Shown here: piece after piece, positions 56,087-64,000 of the stretch
Position numbering within the stretch: position 1 is the first letter of the stretch
Layout: each line of letters starts with the position of its first letter
From: the human T2T-CHM13v2.0 reference genome, Homo sapiens
Assembly (NCBI RefSeq): GCF_009914755.1
Contig: NC_060930.1
DNA: 64,000 nt
Direction: 5' to 3' (one strand)
Translations under genes and position numbers: made by a program
Notes under the pieces: model-generated
Databases searched by the model: none
The model's input: the letters and a program-made list of their open reading frames with translations, nothing else
What the model was told of the DNA's origin: nothing

Positions 56087-56508
56087 TGTATTAGGCCATT
56101 TTTACATTACTATAAAGAAATACCTGAGACTGGGTAATTTATAAAGAAAATAGGTTTAGTTGGCTCACAGTTCTGCAGGCTGTACAGAAAGCATGATGTT
56201 GGCATCTGCTCAGCTTCTGGGGAGGCCTCAGGAAACTTACAATCATGGTGGAGGGTGAAGTGGCAACAGGCACATCACATAGTCAGAGCGGGAGCAAGAC
56301 AGCCAAGGGGAAGACGCCACACACTTTAAAACAACCAGATCTCGGAAGAACTCACTATGGTGAGAACAATAACATGTGGATGGTGCTAAATTATTCATGA
56401 GAACTCTGCCCCCATGATCCAATTAGCTCCCACCAAGCCCCACTTCCAACAATGGGGATTACATTTCAACATGAGTTTTGGGTGGGGACACACATCCAAA
56501 GTATATTA
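56087..56508 (-). mobile_element. MST (A/B-like) MaLR solo LTR
   Basis: tgtattaggccatt..ctataaagaaatacctgagactgggtaatttataaagaaa..ggggacacacatccaaa. Confidence 0.88.
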
Positions 56509-59029
56509 TAGAAGGAATAGTCATATAGATATAATTATAATGCAATGTGGTCAATGCTGGAAAACAAGGATGTAATGTGTGCCAATGGAGTACAGAGCAC
56601 TAACCCTGATGATTTTGAAAATTAAGAGTGGGGACTAAAAACTGGCAGAGATGATAACATACATTTGTATAGTACTTTATGGTTTCAATGCATTTTCAGA
56701 TGAATTTTTTGTTTGATGGTCCCCAGGCACTTTGAGGGAGAGCAGATTACTTCTAACAAATTAGGAAAAATTAGAGATTTGCCCTGTGTCACTTCACTAA
56801 GTCCATGCTCTGGTCTTCTATTTTCAAATCCATTATATCATCTTCCATTTATGCTATTTAAATATGACATCACTGGTGTTAGAAAATAGGAGACACTTAA
56901 TGTTATTTATATTCTTTTTTAAAAAAAGAATAAATGTTAAATTTATTTGGATAGGAACAAAATTTTTTACTTTTTAACACTTTTCATAATACCAGCATGA
57001 TGCTTCTAACAAAGTGACAAAATTGCTGCTTGACTAATAGATGAAATGATTTTGTCAGTATTGAATACTGATGAAAAAACCTCTGCCAATCAATGCTTAA
57101 TCTGTCTGATGAATAAAATTTATCTTTCTTTTGAAATATTTAAGGAGTCTTTTTCATGGTTAAAGGTTAAAGCCTGTCTCATTGGTTTCCTTAAAAATAT
57201 GTTTTTCAACTTGCAGTCTGTGTGTTATTATAACAAATAAAAACATTCTTAAAAGCCCTGGGTAAGCTTTTTCCTTTAGATAAGTGCTATGCTACTAGAA
57301 CATATGACATCGTATTTGGCCTCAATGTTTGGAAATGAAACGGTAGAAAAATGACAAGCTCTAGTGGCCACGTCATCATAGGGAATAAAATTTAAAACGA
57401 CTGACGAAGTTTGAGGAAACTGACTATTTTTAAAATTGTACATTTATCATGACAGTTTTGGGGCTAATCTCTGGAACCAGCACAAGGATGAATGAGGTAA
57501 TATTTGCACATGTTGTGGATAAGATAACCAGAGTGGGGGAAAGTCCATTTCCAGGCTAATGTGCAACTAAGATTATATGCTTGATGGCTGGAAACTGCTG
57601 TGTGGTTAGGATAATATAGGTTAAAAAAATGATGCTGATGGAATGGTGAGCAGTTACCCTGGATCTGAAGCTTTCTGAATGGAGGCATGAAAAGAGGAGG
57701 CAGGGAAAGAAGTAGGTAGGAGCACACCAAGAGAAAGATTTGGGAAGCAAGAAAATGTGGAGTAAACTACCAAACTCCCTCACAGAAATGACATAGTAAG
57801 GGTTGGCAATTAAAACTTCAGTGAAAAGTGAAATCTCATGGTAAACCTAGCTTAATGCTGTTCATGTGTACATTAGAGTATGAAGGGAGATTGTAACACT
57901 GATTCCCATTCCTTACTACCCAGATGTTATTACCATCAGAGAAATGTTCAGAGGTCTTATTTGGACCCACTTTGGTTTATTCTGTGGCTTTGAGGAAGGG
58001 GAAAGAAAGCATTGTGAGGGACGTGTTGACTGAAATGGGCCATTAATTTCATGTCTCTTTTGTATAAAGCACTTTTAAAGTGTGCCAAGGCATTTTAAGT
58101 GTTTTAACAACATGCTTTTGTGACAATAGAGAAGCAAGGGTATTTTTTCATGGTATCAATAAAAATATCATGGTAATTTACAGGGTTGAACTGGACACTA
58201 AATTGGCTCACAATGGAGTTCTTTCAATGTGGACAGAGATAGAAGCAACCTTTATTTTATTCCTGAGCCACTGAGATGAGAATAAACATGATCTCTGTTT
58301 GTCTCCATGATCTGAAATCTTGTTTGCCAGGGGGCTTGAGTTTTATGGAGGGTCCCCATTTTTGGAACTCTCTTTTCTCTACCCAACAGATCCCAGATTT
58401 ACAAGCTTTGAGGACTTAGAAGGAAAGAAAAAAGGCATATTTGTTTCTTTCTTAACTGGTGTAGGTTTCCAGATGGTATTAGATGCTGTTATTGGCTGAG
58501 AAGAAACACTTGTTTTTGTCTTAGTCTTGTACTTGGGTCTGCAAACTTGGCAAATGGCTCACTTTGAATATCTAAACAAATAAACAAAGCATTTTCAGAA
58601 TTTGCTGACACTCAGTATCCTATCCTTCTCAAATGTTGCCAGATGCAAACACCAAAGGCCAATTTCTTTAGTTTCTGCTCTGCTCAGAATTTCTTTAGAG
58701 AATTACACTGGTGAGAATTTTATATCTGGTTCTTTACATTAATGTGTGTGTGGATACATGATTCCATGGCTGTTCACTGATGAGTTAAGTTGCATCTGGA
58801 AACAAGATAGAAGTTTGTGAGTCATGCCTGATGGAGCACTTTCATATTAATATCACATTATGTATGTTTCTACTATTCAAGATATGGCAGCAGCTACTCT
58901 GGGATGCAAAGATATTTGAGACCAAGTTTCTGACCTGAAAGTATCCATAACATTATAGAGATACTGATGAATACATATACCACATTTCAAATTTGATGCT
59001 CTGAGGGAAAAGTGAGGGAGATAATAAAT

Positions 59030-59270
59030 GGGCTCGGTGGACAGAAGCAAACACGGGCTCTGCAGTCCAGGTAGACATGGGCTCAAATTCTGACTCTGCT
59101 ACTTCCTTACTTAGACACATTCTTTACCTTTTTATTTCATTATCTGAGAAGTGGGAAAATTTGCAGTCATTTCACAGGGGTGTTTTGAACACTAAATAGG
59201 ATACCACATAGAAAATGCCCAGCACTGTGCCTAATGTATAAAAGGTGTTCAGCAAACATTGGTTCCTTCC
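59030..59270 (+). mobile_element. MIR SINE
   Basis: gggctcaaattctgactctgctactt..aaatgcccagcactgtgcct. Confidence 0.65.
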
Positions 59271-59989
59271 CCCAGAAAGGCAATAAAGGACCCATAGCTG
59301 AGGGTATAAGGGAATGTTTGCAAATAAGTGGCCTATGAGTGGAGTATTGAAGGATGCACAGAATTTCACACTAATAATTTGAAGGACACTGTAGAGAAAG
59401 ACAGAACAGCAAAGGCTTAAGGAAAGAAGCTTGTTTGGGGGAATGACATGCAGTTCAATTTGACTAACTAACAGGATACAAGCAAGAGGGTTTTGTGTAG
59501 GGATGGGCTATAGAGGCCTTGTAGGGCCTCCAAATGCAATGTGAGGAATTATAAAATTCTGTGACCAAAAAGTGTCAGTGGGATATGTAGTGGGCACGAT
59601 ACATTGTCCCAAAGAAACATTGATCTGGTGACAGTATATTCACTGGATTACAGTAGGGAGTGACAAAAGCTAGGGAATGATTTTAGGGTGGTTGAGAAGT
59701 AATGAAGATTTAAACTGGTGTGGCAGGAGGAAAGGGAGGGAGAGGACATGAAAGTGTGAGATGAGCAAAAAGGAAACTGGAATTTCTCCTTTGGTATCTG
59801 CCCATACTACACTCTCTTAACTCCCTACATAGATGCTTGTTCTTATCACACCTGAGGAAATTTTGTTTGTTTTCAGGCTCACCTCTTCTACTGGTCTAAG
59901 AGTTCACTGAGGACTATATTTTGTTCATCTTGGTATTTCTAGACTCTATTGCAGAGCCTGAGAACATAGTCCTTGAAAAGAGTTTGTTT

Positions 59990-60195
59990 TTTATTTTTAA
60001 ATATATTTTATTTTTAAATTTTTAAAATTTTTAATTTTTGTAGGTACATGAGATGTTATGTACAGGCATGCAATGTGAAATAAACACATCAAGAAGAATG
60101 GGGGTATCCGTCCCCTCGATCATTTATCCATTGAGTTGCAAATGATCCAATTGTACTCTTCAAGTTATTTTAAAATGTACAGTTATTACTGATTA
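59990..60195 (-). mobile_element. L1MA 3' end fragment
   Basis: tacaggcatgcaatgtgaaataaacacatc..gaatgggggtatcc..ttattttaaaatgtaca. Confidence 0.8.
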
Positions 60196-63100
60196 AACAG
60201 GCAAAAACAAATGCTGGCAAGGATGTGGTGAAATGAGTTTATTTAACACGAGAATAAATGTGGAATATGGACAAAAACATATACAATGGTAAGAGGAAAA
60301 TAGAAAAGAGAGCAAAAGATAAGTGAAATGGGGAAGGAAGTAAGGAGAAAGATGAGAGGGTTGTTTTGGAACAGCTTGAGTTCATTCACAACCAGGGATG
60401 TGGAATTGTAGCCATTTAAAAAATTAGATTAACACTTCCCTTCTTTTTTTCTTTTACCCTGAAGCCCTCACCCCATGCTCTGCCCTTAATAAATAATACT
60501 TGATGAAGATGGTGATGATGTGTCCTCTTCATGCTAATCCAGGCAGTTCCCAGTTTATGAACGGATTGGGTTCCAAAAATCTGTTGTAAGTCAGTTGTTT
60601 AGCTATTGGAATGTATTTTTCCTTTGAGACAATGTAACACTCAGTGGTTAAATTCTCCAACTACTTCACAAAAGGTTATTTAATCCACAACGTGTTGGAA
60701 TTATAGTGCTAATGTACTGCAGAATAGTAATTCCTTATAGGCATATTATGTACCTCTTGATGGTTTACAAAGTGGTTTTGCATACATTTTGAAAAATGGA
60801 ACATCTTTGCATATTTTTCCCATGGAAAAAATGTGTTCCAAATTTTAAATGTAGAGGCCAGTTACACATCCTCCACCCACTCTGGTCTCAGTGAAAAGAC
60901 TTGGCTTCCAAAGAGAGGCTCCCACACTGTCCTCTCCAGAAGCCTCACTCCAAGGGAGATCCTAAGATGACAGCAGGGAGGTAGGATGGGTGTGTGTCAG
61001 TGCAGGAGGACTTTGCGGTGAGTTGAACCATCACTGGGTTTATAGTCAGTAGAGTGAGTTTGAATCTAGATTCTGCCACTTACCAGCTGGTAAACTATGT
61101 GAGTGTTAAGTTTCCACTTACGCAGAGTGAGGATACTGATATTTTCCTGATGGGGTTTGGTGATGTTCAAGATGAGAGGATGTATAAGGAGCATATGGCA
61201 TACTACACACATAATGGATGCTCAAAAATGTTCTCTTTATCCTCTTCTGCACTTGCCCACCACCAAACCCTAATGAGGAGTGCGTAGACAGAGTTCCTGC
61301 GGTGATCAGTTTGCTGATGGGCAGGGCAAGGGTTCAGGAATCAGGGAGAGCCTAGGTGGAGGATGCTTCCGTGGTGAGCAACCAGTTCCCGGAGTCGGAG
61401 TAGTGAGGGCTCAGTAGTGCTGATTCTCCTGGATAACAGTGGCAACTTCACCATCCATTTCTGCATCAACATTGTGGGAAGCTCGATCAGAAAGAGAACG
61501 AGAATGGGATTGGGTACTGGCATTGTACCTAAATCTCAGTTGCTTGGCACTGTAGAGGTTTAGTGCTTGCTCACACTCATGTGAAGAAAGGAGCTTTCTT
61601 GTTTTCTTTTAAAGGTGTTTGGGTGATGGAGACTTTTTTCATCATGTGGCTCTGGCTGGCTTCACTGCTTGGCATCAAGCTGGTGGAAGAGAAAAGAAAA
61701 AGTACCATTGTAGGATTGTGTGTGGGAGATTTTCATTGGTCAAACCTAGAAGGGGCTCATATCACTTCTACTCATAGATTATTGGCTAGTGTCATGTGAG
61801 CGCATCAAACTGCAAAGGATTAGAAAGTATAGTCTTGTTGCTTTCCTAGGAGGAAGAAGAAATAGTTTTGGTGGTCAGCTAGCAGTCTTTGCCATGGATG
61901 GGAGTAGAGGTGCTACGTAGGTGCTTGTTGTTACAAGCTGTTTGCAAGTGAGTAATTATAAGTTAAAAAACCATCCTGACTATGATTTAAGATAAACAAG
62001 TCAAGCTAAATGAATACTAGAATATTCAAAATAAGATAGGGCCTGAGTGTTTTGGGGTAAACCTGTACATATACCCTAGTTCTTCTTCTCTGGAAGAAAT
62101 GAAAGAGATGAAACGGACTAATACTAAACAGTTTTCAAAGTAGATTAAAGCATAATGATTCTTTAAATTTCCTCCACCAAGAAAATGTTTTAAAAATGCC
62201 AAATTTAATGATATAAATTAACTTCAGCTACTTTAACATACCAGTGCTGTCTGAAGACATAACTGGTCACTTTTTATGATGTTCCTTTCTTTCTTTGCTT
62301 TATTTAACAAATTTACTCAGGGTCTGGATATTTGAGTCACACCCTTAGCTGAGGATGATTAAGACAGTTATCGTCATTCCAACCTTCCCTGACTGACCTC
62401 AGAAAAGGTCCTATTTTATAGAAAGAGCCTGGATTTTGGAGTCTAATCACTTCAACAGGTCAAAGGTCTTCTAAGGCTCTACTATGTTCCAGACGATAGA
62501 GATAAGAAAATGTATAAGACATGGGATCATCCCCCAAGAAGCTTAAGGTCTAGTGATGGAGACAGGAATATAAATAAGTAATGGCACGTTGGGATGAGGG
62601 CAGCATTGGCCACATTGGTGTCTTGGATTAGGGAGAACTGAGAGTGGAGGGTGAGAGTAGATGGGGCAAGTGAGGAGGCTGGTTAGGAACCAGGGGTAGG
62701 CAGGAGCCACAACACAAAGGATCTTCTAAACCATGTTAAGGGGCTTGGCTGTTATCATATAGATGACTTCTACAGGAGCTAATTTCATTCTGGTGCACAA
62801 GCCCAGGAAGCTCAGAGATATATTACCTACTGACTCAAGAATCATGCTAATTTATTTGTATAAATGGCTTTCCAAAACATCTCTGTGTGGTCTTACTCTA
62901 TTGAATTATATTACCACAATTTATTTAGAATTCCCATATGTGCATGTGTGATGTTTTCTAGGGAGTACAAACATTTTTCAGATTAGTGTCATGGAAGTCC
63001 TCTATATATCAGAGGCAATAAAAGAGAGTTGCACATTATGTTTTCTGTGTCCTTTAGGCTTGTAAAATTATTTATTTTTTTTCCTAGATAAAAAGTTGCT

Positions 63101-63354
63101 CAAAATCAACTTAAAGTAAAATCTAAGTGCATCATTGAAAGTTTGGGGGTATTCCATGTTGTAGTGATTTAAATATTTTTTTTTAGTGAACAACATTTAA
63201 AAATCAGTCACTTTACTTATTCCAAGAAAGCAGGGAATGGGACTATAGAGGAAGGGTAAGTAACTATCTGTACCATATAACCCAAGACATTGCAGTTACT
63301 CTTTAAATGTGGGATTATTTGGAACATTTCTCAATTTGTGAAGCCCTGGCCATT

Positions 63355-63535
63355 AGAGTGGTTTTCAACCATGGTTGCTCATTAGAATTGCCTGGAAAAC
63401 TTTGAAGTGTTCGGATGCCCAGGCCATATGCCAGACCAATTAAATCAGAAATCTCCACAGATGGGACGCAGGCATAAACATTTTTTAAAGCTTCCCAAGT
63501 GATTCCAATTCAAAACCCAGTTTGAGAAGTACTAG
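63355..63535. mobile_element. MER5-like hAT MITE
   Basis: agtggttttcaaccatggttgctcattagaattgcctgg..ccagaccaattaaatcagaa..agtttgagaagtact. Confidence 0.75.
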
Positions 63536-64000
63536 TCTATTAGGTAGGATTACCTGGTGCATGGAAACAGCAAGTTCCAATTAATCAGCTCAATTCATTT
63601 AAATCACGTGCCAGACACTGTGCTTGGTCCTGGGGGCTAAGACACAGGTCCTGCCTTCAAGTATATCACTCTAAAAGAGGGGTGAGCCTAGTGGGGTTTG
63701 AGAAGGGAGAGATGGTGAGGGCAACAATGGTTTGGGTGAGTTTCCTGCGACAAGACGTGTAGACTGAGTGTGGAACTTGGTTCAAATGTATGTCAATTAA
63801 AGGAGGAGGAGGGACAACATGGTAAATATTTGGTAAAAGTCATGTTCTGTAGTTAGTGAAATTGAGCCATAAATCTAGAAGGACTCACTGATGTTTGGCG
63901 GGATTAGAAGCCAGGAGAACTGGTTTCCATGCTTATGTATAGTAGACCATTACTTTTGTCTGTCAACTCCAGCCTCTACCAAGGACTTTTTTTTTTTTTT

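Overview
This window is primate, almost certainly human, genomic DNA (Alu, L1PA and hominid SVA elements are present). The left ~15 kb holds the 5' end of CEP162 (KIAA1009/QN1; distal-centriole and ciliary transition-zone protein) on the minus strand. It has a CpG-island promoter (~14.7-15.3 kb), a non-coding first exon, and five coding exons that splice in frame into MANCSQEELDEEFEQFMKE-LSDD...KHEELA. The ORF track misses two of these coding exons, and most of its other ORFs are spurious or repeat-derived. The remaining ~49 kb is intergenic. It contains an ancient two-LTR ERVL provirus (~19.9-30.3 kb) with nested L1 and THE1 insertions, a full-length SVA with a perfect 16-bp TSD (31.07-32.91 kb), many Alu/L1/L2/MIR/MER fragments and STRs, and a repeat-poor block (~43.8-50.4 kb) that may be regulatory. 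I found no evidence of a new protein-coding system. The best second-look items are: two back-to-back uORFs directly ahead of the CEP162 start codon; an RFX X-box/STAT/tandem E-box/ZNF143 promoter cassette; a tandem duplication of the protease active-site segment in the ERVL; a triplicated STAT5-type site; a poly(A)-only retroinsertion; and a perfect hairpin at an Alu target site. Repeat subfamily names and boundaries were assigned by eye and are approximate.
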